From NCBI GenBank assembly GCA_050014195.1, contig JBEKDT010000005.1:32001-96000 (forward strand): DNA of 64,000 nucleotides, in the 5' to 3' direction. The stretch is from Desulfomonilia bacterium (GTDB taxonomy: Bacteria; Desulfobacterota; Desulfomonilia; UBA1062). A program made the position numbers and the translations under genes. The notes under the pieces are model-generated. The model saw only the letters and a program-made list of their open reading frames with translations. It did not search any database and was not told the origin of the DNA. Shown in pieces: positions 20,243 through 30,317 of this stretch; position 1 is the first letter of the stretch; each line of letters starts with the position of its first letter.

Positions 20243-22867
20243 ATGAAAATAAGTAACGATGTAATAATTTATTCAGTAGTCTTTGCATTAAGCTTCATTA
20301 CCTTCTACACCTTCTTGAAAATCGGCGTCAAAAAAATCGCTGATACGGTGACGGCAAAACCGCTGCGTTTTATCCTTCTTTCATTGATAATCGTGGGAAT
20401 CATCGGAATCGGAATTAAAAATCTAACCCTTGAACCCGATGTAAAGGTGCTGCTCCCGGAGAAAATCCCTGCACGCATAACATTCAATAAGATTGAACAG
20501 TTGTTTGGCGGTGTTGACACCGTTTATTTCTGTGTGACTGCAAAAAACGGGACTGTCTGGGACCCGCATATCCTCTCTCAGATTCGTGGGATCAGTAAAA
20601 AATTAAAGACTTCTCCTTATGTAGACCAGATCCTGTCTATCACTGAGACAAAATCCATCTCGAACAAAGAAAATATGATGGAAGTCACTCATGTGGTTCC
20701 GGAAGATATGACTCTCATTAGGCCGGAAGATGTCGACAAGATCCGGAATAATGCAAAAGCCAACGACGTGCTTTTTAAGCGCCTGATAAGCCCTGATGAA
20801 AAATCGGCGTTGATCGTTGCGTCGGTCAATCTTCATGTCCCGGTGACCAGGTCCGATGGCAGGAAAACATATGCCTGGATCCAGGACAAAGACCTCTGCG
20901 AACGACTTCCGGACAAACCTGATAAGCCAACCATGCTCAATATCATGGATAAATACGCTGATCCTGCATACAAACTCACACTCACCGGCTTCCCATACCT
21001 CCGATATAACATCTGGAAGCAGATGGCCTCGGACATGAAGCTTTTCCTTATACTCGGCATCATTGTCATGCTGGCTTTTCTTTATGCAAGCTTTAGAACA
21101 CTCAGAGGGATGCTCCTTCCGTTAATCGTAGTATTGCTCTCAGTCACTGCATCCTTCGGTTTCATGGGGTGGATGAGAGAGAAGATAACACTTCCTTTCC
21201 TCATCATGGGCCCGATGCTCATCGCCATTGCGCATAACTATGGGACACAGCTCATTGCAAAGTATTACGAGGATGTGCAGGATGCTCACGGCCAACTAAC
21301 CAAAGAGGATGTAAAGCACATCGCCGGAAAGGGCATCATCTCGATCGGTGCACCCGTCTTCATCTCTGCGATCACCGTTATCGTGGGGTTCGTAACAATG
21401 ATCTCTCATCCCGTCAGGGGCCTTGCATTGCTGGGGTTTTTCTGCGCCTTCGGGATCATTGCCGCGTTCATCCTGACGATCCTCTTCCATACGGCGATCC
21501 TTTCCTACATCAATGTACCGCAGATGCTCATCGACAAACCCCATGGAACAAAAACGGACAAGGTACTGAAATCTATTGCGCAGTTCACTATCAACAGAAA
21601 GATTGAAATGCTCGCTGGTCTATTCCTTCTGGCAGCGCTATGCGTGTACTTTATCCCGAAGATAGAGTCTGATGCAAATGTGATGAATCAATTCCCGAGA
21701 AGTTCGTCGATCTACAAGGATGCAGAGTTCATCAGCGATACCTTCGGCGGTTACAGCACGCTCAACGTCCTTATCGAGTCAACCCATCCCGTTGCCGATG
21801 ACTCCCCGGAAGACGGACCCATAAAGAATCCGCAGATACTCAAGTGGATGGAAGGCTTCCAGAAATATGCACTTGAGCAAACTGATCCGAAAACAAACAA
21901 AAAGCTCATCGGTGATGCGTTATCCATGTCTGATTTTATCTCGTACATGAACAGAATCATGAAAAACGACCCCAATGAGAACAGAGTCCCGGACAGCCGT
22001 AATCTTATCGCCCAATATTTACTGTCTTATGAGAATCAGAGCTCGGGAGAATTTTCCAGCCTTGTCGACTATAAGTTCAACAAGGCGCAGACTATTATCC
22101 GGCTGCCCGATATGAGCACTCCCCGCCTGCACGTCCTTATCGCTCATCTGAAACAGTATATAAAGGATCATCCGAATAGAGAAATCCAGGTCTCTTTTGG
22201 TGGGGCAGTCGAGATAAATGCCGAGCTCGGAACCATGATCGTTGATGGGCAGATCTGGAGCCTTACGCTCAGTGTTTTAATCATTATCATCTGCTATATG
22301 ATCTTCTTCAGGTCCTTTATCGCAGGACTGATCGCAGCTGTACCACTGTTCTGTGCGGTAACGCTCGTCTTCGGCATCATGGGGGCTCTTCATATTCCGC
22401 TGGATTATATCACAGCAACATTGACCGGCATAAGCATCGGTGTAGGAACCGACTATACGGCATACTTCCTCTGGAGGCTCAGGGAACGGTCACGAGCATG
22501 TGGAAACCTTGAAGCCGGCTATATCGAAACAATGACATCCATAGGTAAAGGGATTGTGTATAACGGATTCTCCGTTGTGGTAGGATTTTTTGTATTCTTT
22601 TTCAGCAACTTTATCCCCTTACGCTTTTTCGGCTTCCTGATCTCGTTCTCGATCCTTGCCTGCATCGCCAGCACACTCACTATACTTCCTGTTGTTATAT
22701 TCATGGTGAAACCGAAGTTTCTCATGCAGACAGCAACAGAAAGGCACGAAGGCTTGGAAGGCTTGATGAGGATGCCCAAACAGGAACCTCAGCCCGGAGC
22801 GGTGAACATCTCAGGGTATCCGTATGGGGCTCCTTTAGAGAGAGGATATAGGGAAGACCAATCATAA
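20243..22867 (+). CDS. MMPL/RND family transporter
   Basis: Two repeats of TM, large periplasmic loop and 5 TM segments; GISIGVGTDY in the second half. Confidence 0.9.
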   Translation: MKISNDVIIYSVVFALSFITFYTFLKIGVKKIADTVTAKPLRFILLSLIIVGIIGIGIKNLTLEPDVKVLLPEKIPARITFNKIEQLFGGVDTVYFCVTAKNGTVWDPHILSQIRGISKKLKTSPYVDQILSITETKSISNKENMMEVTHVVPEDMTLIRPEDVDKIRNNAKANDVLFKRLISPDEKSALIVASVNLHVPVTRSDGRKTYAWIQDKDLCERLPDKPDKPTMLNIMDKYADPAYKLTLTGFPYLRYNIWKQMASDMKLFLILGIIVMLAFLYASFRTLRGMLLPLIVVLLSVTASFGFMGWMREKITLPFLIMGPMLIAIAHNYGTQLIAKYYEDVQDAHGQLTKEDVKHIAGKGIISIGAPVFISAITVIVGFVTMISHPVRGLALLGFFCAFGIIAAFILTILFHTAILSYINVPQMLIDKPHGTKTDKVLKSIAQFTINRKIEMLAGLFLLAALCVYFIPKIESDANVMNQFPRSSSIYKDAEFISDTFGGYSTLNVLIESTHPVADDSPEDGPIKNPQILKWMEGFQKYALEQTDPKTNKKLIGDALSMSDFISYMNRIMKNDPNENRVPDSRNLIAQYLLSYENQSSGEFSSLVDYKFNKAQTIIRLPDMSTPRLHVLIAHLKQYIKDHPNREIQVSFGGAVEINAELGTMIVDGQIWSLTLSVLIIIICYMIFFRSFIAGLIAAVPLFCAVTLVFGIMGALHIPLDYITATLTGISIGVGTDYTAYFLWRLRERSRACGNLEAGYIETMTSIGKGIVYNGFSVVVGFFVFFFSNFIPLRFFGFLISFSILACIASTLTILPVVIFMVKPKFLMQTATERHEGLEGLMRMPKQEPQPGAVNISGYPYGAPLERGYREDQS

Positions 22868-22924
22868 AGCTATCACACCCATATGATCATCTCATCACGA
22901 AAGTAGATGAATGCAATATGTGTA

Positions 22925-24613
22925 TCATGACCTGTTCATTATTTTCCTAAGCTCACGCTTCAAGACCTTGCCCACAGCACTTGTAGGAAGCTGATCCATG
23001 AACTCGACCACTTTCGGTACCTTGTAGGGGGCCACATTTTCCCTCAGATATTTGATGATCTTCTCTTTTTCAGCCTCGTTCCTTTCAATGCCGGGCTTGA
23101 GCACAATGGCGACCCCTACCCGCTCGGATCCGGGCCGATCCGGATCTTGAATGCCGACGGAGGCTGCGAGTTCGATATCAGGATGTTTTATGAGAACATC
23201 GTCGAGTTCACGGGTGAAGACCTTGAACCCGGATACTATGACCATGTCTTTTATCCGATCCACAAGGTAGAAGTAACCATCCTCATCCATCCTGGCCACG
23301 TCTCCCGTGAAAAGCCAGCCGTCCCTGATGGTGTTGGCGGTTTCCTCGGGCCGGTTGTAGTATCCCTTCATGAGCTGCGGCCCTCGTATGGCAATCTCGC
23401 CGGGCTCTCCGGGTTTCGCTGCCTGTTTCGTCTCGGGATCGATGAGCATGAACTCCGTGTCCGGCAGGGGCATGCCGATGGAGGACGGCTTCTTTTTCCC
23501 AAAGCGGGGATTGCAGCACGTCACCGGGGATGTTTCCGTCATCCCGTACAACTCGATGAAATTGCCCTTCCCGATGATACTCTCGAGTTCCCCGATATAC
23601 TCGGGCGGGAACGGCGCCGCGGCACTAAGGCACCACTTGATGCTGCTCAAGTCCAGTTTTTTGAATTCGGGTTTTTTCATCAATTCGAAGAACACGGTCG
23701 GCACATTCACGATAGCGTGAGGCTTATAGTCCTTGATTGCCTTGATAATAAAATGCGTATCCCGCGGATTCGGCACGCAGATCTGGGTGCCGCCGACGGT
23801 GAGGGAAAACCCGCCGAAAGCGAGGCCTGCAATGTGGAAGAGCGGGAAGGCCGAGAGTGCTAAAAAATCGGGTCCTATGTCAAGCCATGCAAGTGTCTGC
23901 GCCCGATTGGACATATAGCTGCGCTGGGTGATCAGTGCACCTTTTGAAGGTCCGGTAGTCCCTCCGGTGTACATCATAAAGATCGTATCGTTGATGGTAC
24001 GTTTTACGGCAACGTGATCTTTCGGCATCCCCTTAATGGCATCCATGAATTTCAACACGTCCTTGCCGGGGAGAGGCTTTATCTCGCCTGTGGGTATTTT
24101 CTTCAATAACTTGCCGAGGACCCTCTTCACACCGGGCAGAAAATCGGCGATCCCGGAGACAATCACACAGGATAATTTCGTCTTGTCTGCAATTTCCGCA
24201 ATCTTCTCGAAAAGGAGATCTACGCTTATGATAATCTTCGCCTGTGAGTCATTCAACTGATGCTCCATCTCATTGGGCGTAAGCAGGGGGCTCAGCCCTG
24301 TGGATACGCAACCCGCCTTCTGGACTGCGATAATGCTGATATAATGGGCGGGTATATTGGGCATGTGGAGACCCACCACGTCGTTCGGCTTGAGGCCGGA
24401 CTTGATGAGATACCCAGCGAGCTGGTTTGACAGCTCATCGATGTTGCGGTAGGTGAGCTGCCGGCCCATGTAAACAAGGGCTGTCTTGTTCGGGTATTTT
24501 GCTACGACTTCCTGGAACTTTTCTGCAAAGGTCTTTTCTTCGTACTTCAGCGTCGATGGTACTCGCTTGTCATAATTCTTCAGCCATGGTTTTTCCGAAT
24601 AGATATCCCCCAT
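22925..24613 (-). CDS. fadD: Long-chain fatty acid-CoA ligase
   Basis: YTGGTTGPSKG, YGMTE, GWLFTGD, DRIKDM and VGKV adenylation motifs. Confidence 0.88.
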   Translation of the reverse strand: MGDIYSEKPWLKNYDKRVPSTLKYEEKTFAEKFQEVVAKYPNKTALVYMGRQLTYRNIDELSNQLAGYLIKSGLKPNDVVGLHMPNIPAHYISIIAVQKAGCVSTGLSPLLTPNEMEHQLNDSQAKIIISVDLLFEKIAEIADKTKLSCVIVSGIADFLPGVKRVLGKLLKKIPTGEIKPLPGKDVLKFMDAIKGMPKDHVAVKRTINDTIFMMYTGGTTGPSKGALITQRSYMSNRAQTLAWLDIGPDFLALSAFPLFHIAGLAFGGFSLTVGGTQICVPNPRDTHFIIKAIKDYKPHAIVNVPTVFFELMKKPEFKKLDLSSIKWCLSAAAPFPPEYIGELESIIGKGNFIELYGMTETSPVTCCNPRFGKKKPSSIGMPLPDTEFMLIDPETKQAAKPGEPGEIAIRGPQLMKGYYNRPEETANTIRDGWLFTGDVARMDEDGYFYLVDRIKDMVIVSGFKVFTRELDDVLIKHPDIELAASVGIQDPDRPGSERVGVAIVLKPGIERNEAEKEKIIKYLRENVAPYKVPKVVEFMDQLPTSAVGKVLKRELRKIMNRS

Positions 24614-24711
24614 TCCAATACCTCCTATTTCAAATTATTATAAATCCATAATAATACTAATTATGCTCATTGTAAATCGCAGAGGTGGTGGTCATGATCT
24701 GAAAAAAGTAT

Positions 24712-25092
24712 TTAACAGGCTAATACGTCCCGAATAGCTTCTGCTAATTCAGATCTTGAAAACGGTTTAGGCAAGAATCTCTGGATGTCTTCCCTTTGTT
24801 CCTGCAGTTCCTGTAACGTCTCATCCGACCCGGAACAGAGAATCACAGGAATGTCTTCACGAATTTGGTGTATATGGGTAACAAACTCATGACCTTTCAT
24901 CCCTGGCATGAATTGATCGGTTATGATCAGTTGAAATTTATCAGGTTCTTCACGGAAGAAATTAAGTGCTTTGTAAGGATCGTTTGTTGAGGTCACATCG
25001 TAGCCAAAATAGACAAGCAGTTGATGGAAGCTCCTCAGGTCCGTCATGTTGTCATCTACGAGTAAAATATACTTAATTCGCTGTCCGTTCAT
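24712..25092 (-). CDS. Single-domain response regulator
   Basis: VDD, TDQFMPG and PKPF motifs. Confidence 0.88.
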   Translation of the reverse strand: MNGQRIKYILLVDDNMTDLRSFHQLLVYFGYDVTSTNDPYKALNFFREEPDKFQLIITDQFMPGMKGHEFVTHIHQIREDIPVILCSGSDETLQELQEQREDIQRFLPKPFSRSELAEAIRDVLAC

Positions 25093-25114
25093 TTGAACAA
25101 TATTATTTAAGGGA

Positions 25115-26908
25115 CTAATTCAGAGAATCAAGATGCACGGGAAAGAAAATTTCGAAGCGGGTGCCTTTCCCAATTACACTTCTAATAAGTATTGAGCCTT
25201 GAACATTTTTTACTACACTATATACAACTGCAAGACCTAACCCGGTTCCCTTATCTTCCTTCTTGGTAGTAAAAAATAGATCAAATATTTTATCCAGTAT
25301 TTCCTGGTTAATCCCAACACCTGTATCACGAATTGTGAGTTTCATATATCTACCAGGTTTGAGATCAGAAACCGTGGCAGGAATGTTCTCCGTAATCTCT
25401 TTCTCCTTAAGGGATACACCGAGAAACCCCTTACTTGGTCCCATTGCCTGTATTGCATTCATGCAGAGATTAAGAACCAGCTGATAGATCTGTGTTGCAT
25501 CTGCTCGAACAAGGCTATCTTTTGCTGTTACCCATTGTTTAAGCTTAATATTAGGAGGTATCAATCGCTTGAAAAAGGTCAGTGCTTCCTGAACAACCTG
25601 ACCGATATGAATGGGTTTGTATAGTGACTTTTTCCCAGGGCTGAATAATTTGATCTGACTGACAAGGTTTTTTCCTAGATGTACAGCATCAATAATCTGG
25701 TCAAGGTATTCACGCTCCTGAGTTCCTTGAGGGATCACGTCAGAGATGAGCTCTGTATTAATCAGGATGGGTTGGAGTACATTCTTAAAATCATGGGCTA
25801 TCCCACTAGCCAATATACCGAGAGCCTCCATCTTCTGGGCCTGAATAAGTTGCAACTCTAGGTTCTTCTTATCTTCTTCAAGGGCAAGCTGCCTCCGATA
25901 CGCTTCAGCCTGTCTCCCCCGATACCACATGCCGATCAAGGTCGCGACCGTGATGATTATAAGTGAGAATGTAATAGTGATCATGAGGGCGGTCTTGCGG
26001 ATAGGAGAATAGATTTCGTCCTGATCCACTTTGGCAACCATAAACCAAGGGGTATCAGGGATTTTCTTTAATGCAGCCAAAACTGCATGGCCACTATAGT
26101 CAATCCCTTCGACTATCCCCTCCTGACCCCGTGCAGCTATGGCTGCGGGAAGATTTGGTTGGGATATGGGGAGACGGTAGGTAAGGGCGGTATTTCTTTG
26201 CTGGCGAAGATCATTTAAATACACAACGTCATTGCCCTCCCTTCGAACGATATACGTCTCAGCCGTTCGACTCGGTGTCGGCCATGATTGTACGAACGGA
26301 TAGACAGACACCTCAGGGTCGATCTCCAGAAGGATATAGCCCAGAGGAGAATTATCTTTCGGCGGATCTTTGGGAACCATGATAATCATTCCCATCCTTA
26401 CAGGATGGCTGGGCGTACAACGATAGAAATCAATGAATGTTATCTTTCCCGGTGACAGGCCCTTAGAGATAATACTCTTCACTAAGGGACATAAAAGCTC
26501 ACCGGGTTCAGGTACTGATAGCCTCCGCCCTTCGTCAGTACCAAAGACTGATACTTGAACATATTTATAATTGGTATGCTGTGATTCCAGCCAGGATGTA
26601 ATATCTTGACGCAGCTCCTTAGATGCATTGCCTTTTAAAAACAGAGAAAGGGAACGTCTGAACATGGTGTTTGAATATGCTGCCATAGTGTCTGCGATGC
26701 GTTCCTTACGCCAAGCAGTCAATTGGTTAATCTTCAGCTCTGCTATAACGTTCAATTCTTCTTGTTTATCCTTTTTTATGGCCTGTTTCTGGTGTTCATA
26801 ATAGAGAGTTCCCGAAGCTATGATACCTGCGGATAGAACAAGAAAAGCGACAAAGAGATACATGGGAGTTATGAGATTTTTTCGCACAAGTATGTTATTT
26901 TCTTTCAT
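25115..26908 (-). CDS. Membrane sensor histidine kinase with periplasmic Cache-like domain
   Basis: Two TM segments flanking a sensor domain; AHDFKN H-box; DTGVGI and GTGLGL. Frame open from 26938. Confidence 0.9.
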   Translation of the reverse strand: MKENNILVRKNLITPMYLFVAFLVLSAGIIASGTLYYEHQKQAIKKDKQEELNVIAELKINQLTAWRKERIADTMAAYSNTMFRRSLSLFLKGNASKELRQDITSWLESQHTNYKYVQVSVFGTDEGRRLSVPEPGELLCPLVKSIISKGLSPGKITFIDFYRCTPSHPVRMGMIIMVPKDPPKDNSPLGYILLEIDPEVSVYPFVQSWPTPSRTAETYIVRREGNDVVYLNDLRQQRNTALTYRLPISQPNLPAAIAARGQEGIVEGIDYSGHAVLAALKKIPDTPWFMVAKVDQDEIYSPIRKTALMITITFSLIIITVATLIGMWYRGRQAEAYRRQLALEEDKKNLELQLIQAQKMEALGILASGIAHDFKNVLQPILINTELISDVIPQGTQEREYLDQIIDAVHLGKNLVSQIKLFSPGKKSLYKPIHIGQVVQEALTFFKRLIPPNIKLKQWVTAKDSLVRADATQIYQLVLNLCMNAIQAMGPSKGFLGVSLKEKEITENIPATVSDLKPGRYMKLTIRDTGVGINQEILDKIFDLFFTTKKEDKGTGLGLAVVYSVVKNVQGSILIRSVIGKGTRFEIFFPVHLDSLN

Positions 26909-27171
26909 AGAATCATTAAAAGAATAAAAAGCAAACAATATTTTCCAATAATCACAATTAATCTTATGACTTCAAGTGCCTTTTGAATAAAGGGCACCTA
27001 TCATAATCCCCCATCCATGCTTCTTTCCATGTTACCAACTAAGACGCCTAAGTATACAGTCCTGTTTACAGGAAGACGAGGAATATTTGTAACTGCCCTT
27101 ATCCAGAAGAGATTATATAGCAAAATTTCTTGAGGATCGTATAATGTTCTGGCTATGTCTCTCTACTTCCC

Positions 27172-27202
27172 TTGACAAAGTTGTCACGAACTTTATTATA
27201 AT
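27172..27202 (+). promoter_or_regulatory. Putative sigma70 promoter with overlapping palindrome
   Basis: TTGACA at 27172 and TATAAT at 27197 (19-nt spacer; an alternative TATTAT gives 16); TGACAA-AG-TTGTCA palindrome over the -35. Confidence 0.5.
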
Positions 27203-27248
27203 CTGCCTTAGAGGCAGTGGGCTATTTTACTGTTTTAGGAGGATGAAG

Positions 27249-28157
27249 ATGTTTTGTTGTGCTTTGATCCAGAGGTTGAAATTTTCTCAGGTCATTTTGT
27301 GGATCTGCGTTGCAATCACCCTTTCGGGAACTGGCTTTGCTGAGGACCGGCTGTTGCCCTTAGACCTCTCATCGGTCCCTGCTGAGACACGTAACCAGCT
27401 GCCGCTCCCTTACGGCTTAGCAGTGAATTATACCTATGTGAGCGAGAATCTCGACATAAGAAAATTCAACCTCCAGCTTAACGGCAATCCAGTCCCAACA
27501 GGTCTTGTAAGTCTAGACAGATTGCAACAAAGGACTGATGCTGAGACCTTCCGTGTAGACGCCTGGCTGATGTCTTTTCTTGATCTTTACGGCATCGGAG
27601 GCTTTGTCAACGGGACCGCCAATAACTTAGACATTAACATGGCTAATCAAGCACAGATTGCTTCTAATCCTTCTTATCTAAAATACCTGCAAAACCTGCC
27701 TACAGGCATGCTATCTGGGCTATCGTCCGATTTATCTTCTTTATCTTCTATTGACTACCATGGGACGGTCTATGGTTTTGGAGGTATGCTTGGTGGCGGA
27801 TATGGGCCTTTCTTCTACAGCTATGATGTGAATTTCACATGGACCAATATTAATAGGCTCCAAACCTCAGTGGATACCCTGATCCAGAAGGTAAGGATTC
27901 AATACAAGACGGATGCCTTTGGGAACAAAGTTTTTGTTTACACCGGAGCGTCTAATGAGGATATCAAGGCAAGGCAGTCGGGTACGTATAATTTAAGTGG
28001 GACTCACCTTGAATACTCCCTAGAGGCACGTTCGGATCATCCATGGAACGCCCTTATAGGCGGAGGGTTGGAGTTCACTCCACACTGGAATCTGACCTTG
28101 GAAGATGGGTTCAGCGGGAGAACCCAGATTACATCATCACTGGGATATCGATTCTGA
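27249..28157 (+). CDS. Putative outer-membrane beta-barrel protein
   Basis: Signal peptide ending GFA-ED; amphipathic strands; C-terminal YRF; AGGAGG 6 nt before the ATG at 27249. Confidence 0.7.
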   Translation: MFCCALIQRLKFSQVILWICVAITLSGTGFAEDRLLPLDLSSVPAETRNQLPLPYGLAVNYTYVSENLDIRKFNLQLNGNPVPTGLVSLDRLQQRTDAETFRVDAWLMSFLDLYGIGGFVNGTANNLDINMANQAQIASNPSYLKYLQNLPTGMLSGLSSDLSSLSSIDYHGTVYGFGGMLGGGYGPFFYSYDVNFTWTNINRLQTSVDTLIQKVRIQYKTDAFGNKVFVYTGASNEDIKARQSGTYNLSGTHLEYSLEARSDHPWNALIGGGLEFTPHWNLTLEDGFSGRTQITSSLGYRF

Positions 28158-28181
28158 TGCAGCCTTGATAAAACATTCACA

Positions 28182-29819
28182 TCAACGATCCTCAATACTC
28201 ATCTCAATACAGGTAAGTGAGTGAGCAGGAAGCTGAATATCAAAGGCAGCTCCGCTTCCTTCACGGGTAATCTTAATTGCTTTATTACTCCTTCTGATCT
28301 GTATCGCATTGGGTTCAGTGTAGGTATTATATTGAACAGGATTGGAATGTGACATTTCCAGATAGTTATCAACAGAGATGACCCTGATACCCTTTAAGAG
28401 GCACGCGGCATTTACTGCAGCATCATAATGCCGATTTACCAGAAAGAGTGACAGTTTGTTATCGGTCCGAGTTGTTGATAGATCAAGCACAGGAAGTCCC
28501 GTCTCGTGAGGGATGACCGGGCAATCTACATGGCTTGAAAGGAGCATCTCGCCGGCATGCTCGGTGTACATTTTGAAGACAAGTCCGGAAGGGGTGAGGA
28601 ATGTGCCCTGAGGGCTTGAGCATATGATACCGATGCAATTTACCATTTGAGAGAGGTTGGCGAGCGGCATTTCCGGGCCGTAGCGATGGAACATGTTCAA
28701 CATACTTGCCACCCATAAACCATCCCTAAGATTAAAATTGGCCTCGATTACATCGGAGTAAAAGGCATACCATAGATTCCATTCATCAAATACCAGTGCG
28801 ATCTTCTTCCCCGCCGGGGAATGTGTTCTGACGTCTCTGGTGTTATCGGCCACAAAATCTTCCATATACCGGAGAGAACCGAGAATGTCATAATAGACTT
28901 TTCTGGAACCGCTCCGTTCACGGTGAAGAAACTGGTGGAGAATATGATATCTGATCGTATAAAAAAAGTTGGGTCCATAGAGGTGAACCGATAAGTAATC
29001 CATCTCCCTTCCAGCCCCTGCCAGCACCGTCCGATTGATGTCATCACGCCTCCCAAGTACAGCCATCATGATCGGGTTGACATCATCACGCTTCCTAGAA
29101 GGCCACATGGTGCCGCATCCGATGAGTTTTATCTTCGGATCAACCCGCCGCATGGCCCGTGCATATTCATTGAAGGTTATTACGTATTGAGCCGGGTTCA
29201 TGTGTCCGGTCTCAAAAAACGAGAACATCTCATTGCCAACAGCCCAATACTTTACTCCGTAAGGCTCCGGATGGCCGTTTTGCGAACGCAGAGCACCCCA
29301 GCGTGAGTCCCTCGGTCCATTACAGTATTCCACCCAGGCGGCCGCCTCTTCGGCTGTGCCTGAGCCCACATTGACGGTAAGCTGAGGTTCCGCACCGACC
29401 TCTTTGCACAACTCCATGAACTCGTCTGTGCCGAAGTGATTGTCTTCCAGCGGGCCAAGATGCTTACCCAGCACCGGGAATCTATTCCATGCCTTGTTCT
29501 TCACCCTGGGTCTCCGGGCTCTCGGCCCTATCCCGTCCTGCCAATGGTACGTGTCAGCAAAACACCCTCCGGGATACCGGATCAAGGGGGGATGAATTGA
29601 TTTTATGGCATCTACAAGTTCGGGGCGCACGGCGCCGAGAAACATTTCCGGTGACTCTCCTTCAGCCCAAATACCACCATTGATACACTTTCCGAGATGC
29701 TCGATGGAATGACCATACTGTGTGCGAGGCAAAGCATGAAGCACTTCAGGTTCTATGGTAATCGAGGCCCGCAAGGGTCTGTCTGCAAGTCCCTTTCCGC
29801 TGGATCTGTTAAATGCCAT
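28182..29819 (-). CDS. GH51 alpha-L-arabinofuranosidase family
   Basis: RYPGGCF, FGTDEF, WVEYCNG, GNE acid/base and FDEWN nucleophile motifs. Confidence 0.92.
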   Translation of the reverse strand: MAFNRSSGKGLADRPLRASITIEPEVLHALPRTQYGHSIEHLGKCINGGIWAEGESPEMFLGAVRPELVDAIKSIHPPLIRYPGGCFADTYHWQDGIGPRARRPRVKNKAWNRFPVLGKHLGPLEDNHFGTDEFMELCKEVGAEPQLTVNVGSGTAEEAAAWVEYCNGPRDSRWGALRSQNGHPEPYGVKYWAVGNEMFSFFETGHMNPAQYVITFNEYARAMRRVDPKIKLIGCGTMWPSRKRDDVNPIMMAVLGRRDDINRTVLAGAGREMDYLSVHLYGPNFFYTIRYHILHQFLHRERSGSRKVYYDILGSLRYMEDFVADNTRDVRTHSPAGKKIALVFDEWNLWYAFYSDVIEANFNLRDGLWVASMLNMFHRYGPEMPLANLSQMVNCIGIICSSPQGTFLTPSGLVFKMYTEHAGEMLLSSHVDCPVIPHETGLPVLDLSTTRTDNKLSLFLVNRHYDAAVNAACLLKGIRVISVDNYLEMSHSNPVQYNTYTEPNAIQIRRSNKAIKITREGSGAAFDIQLPAHSLTCIEMSIEDR

Positions 29820-29861
29820 GTCCTTATTCTACAGAATGTTTTTATTTTGTGAAGCATTTAC

Positions 29862-30107
29862 ATGAGAAACACTCATGAAGTGATTCGACGAGTCGAATCG
29901 CGTCATGATCTCATGAATTCCGGTACCGGCCCAATACTAAACATTTTCTCACCAGGGCTGCTTGGACTTGGTTGCAGTTTTCTTGCAGGCCTTTCGGCAT
30001 TACGCTGGCTGTCACACTGGCTTGAGCAAGGTCGCTTGCATTACTTCGGCTACTACTGCCTATTCGCCTCTTCGGTTGTGCTATTGTTGCATGCCATGGG
30101 ATACTGA
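29862..30107 (+). pseudogene. uppP: C-terminal fragment of undecaprenyl-diphosphate phosphatase
   Basis: SFLAGLSALRWLSHWLEQGRLHYFGYYC matches the last two TM helices of BacA/UppP; catalytic regions are absent. Confidence 0.75.
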
Positions 30108-30210
30108 ATACCTTAGGTTAATAACTCAAGGTACATCGTTTTCTCTTTTGATCATAAAGGTCAAACTATAGATTTCATCTAAGAGTGGTATTCATCGTTT
30201 TCCGGTTATC

Positions 30211-30240
30211 TTGACATATCTCCCCTTGGGTAGGTATAAA
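30211..30240 (+). promoter_or_regulatory. Putative sigma70 promoter
   Basis: TTGACA-N18-TATAAA upstream of the NlpC/P60 gene. Confidence 0.55.
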
Positions 30241-30317
30241 TGAATTCCTAGAATGGCGGCCCAATATTCTGGCCCGAGTTAATGACTGAGAAACTGTGAT
30301 TGAGGGGGTATGTCATT

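Noticed and set aside
19051-24613. Olefin biosynthesis (oleABCD) cluster
   Set aside because: No OleA thiolase or OleD; the ligase looks like an ordinary FadD and is not co-transcribed with the hydrolase.
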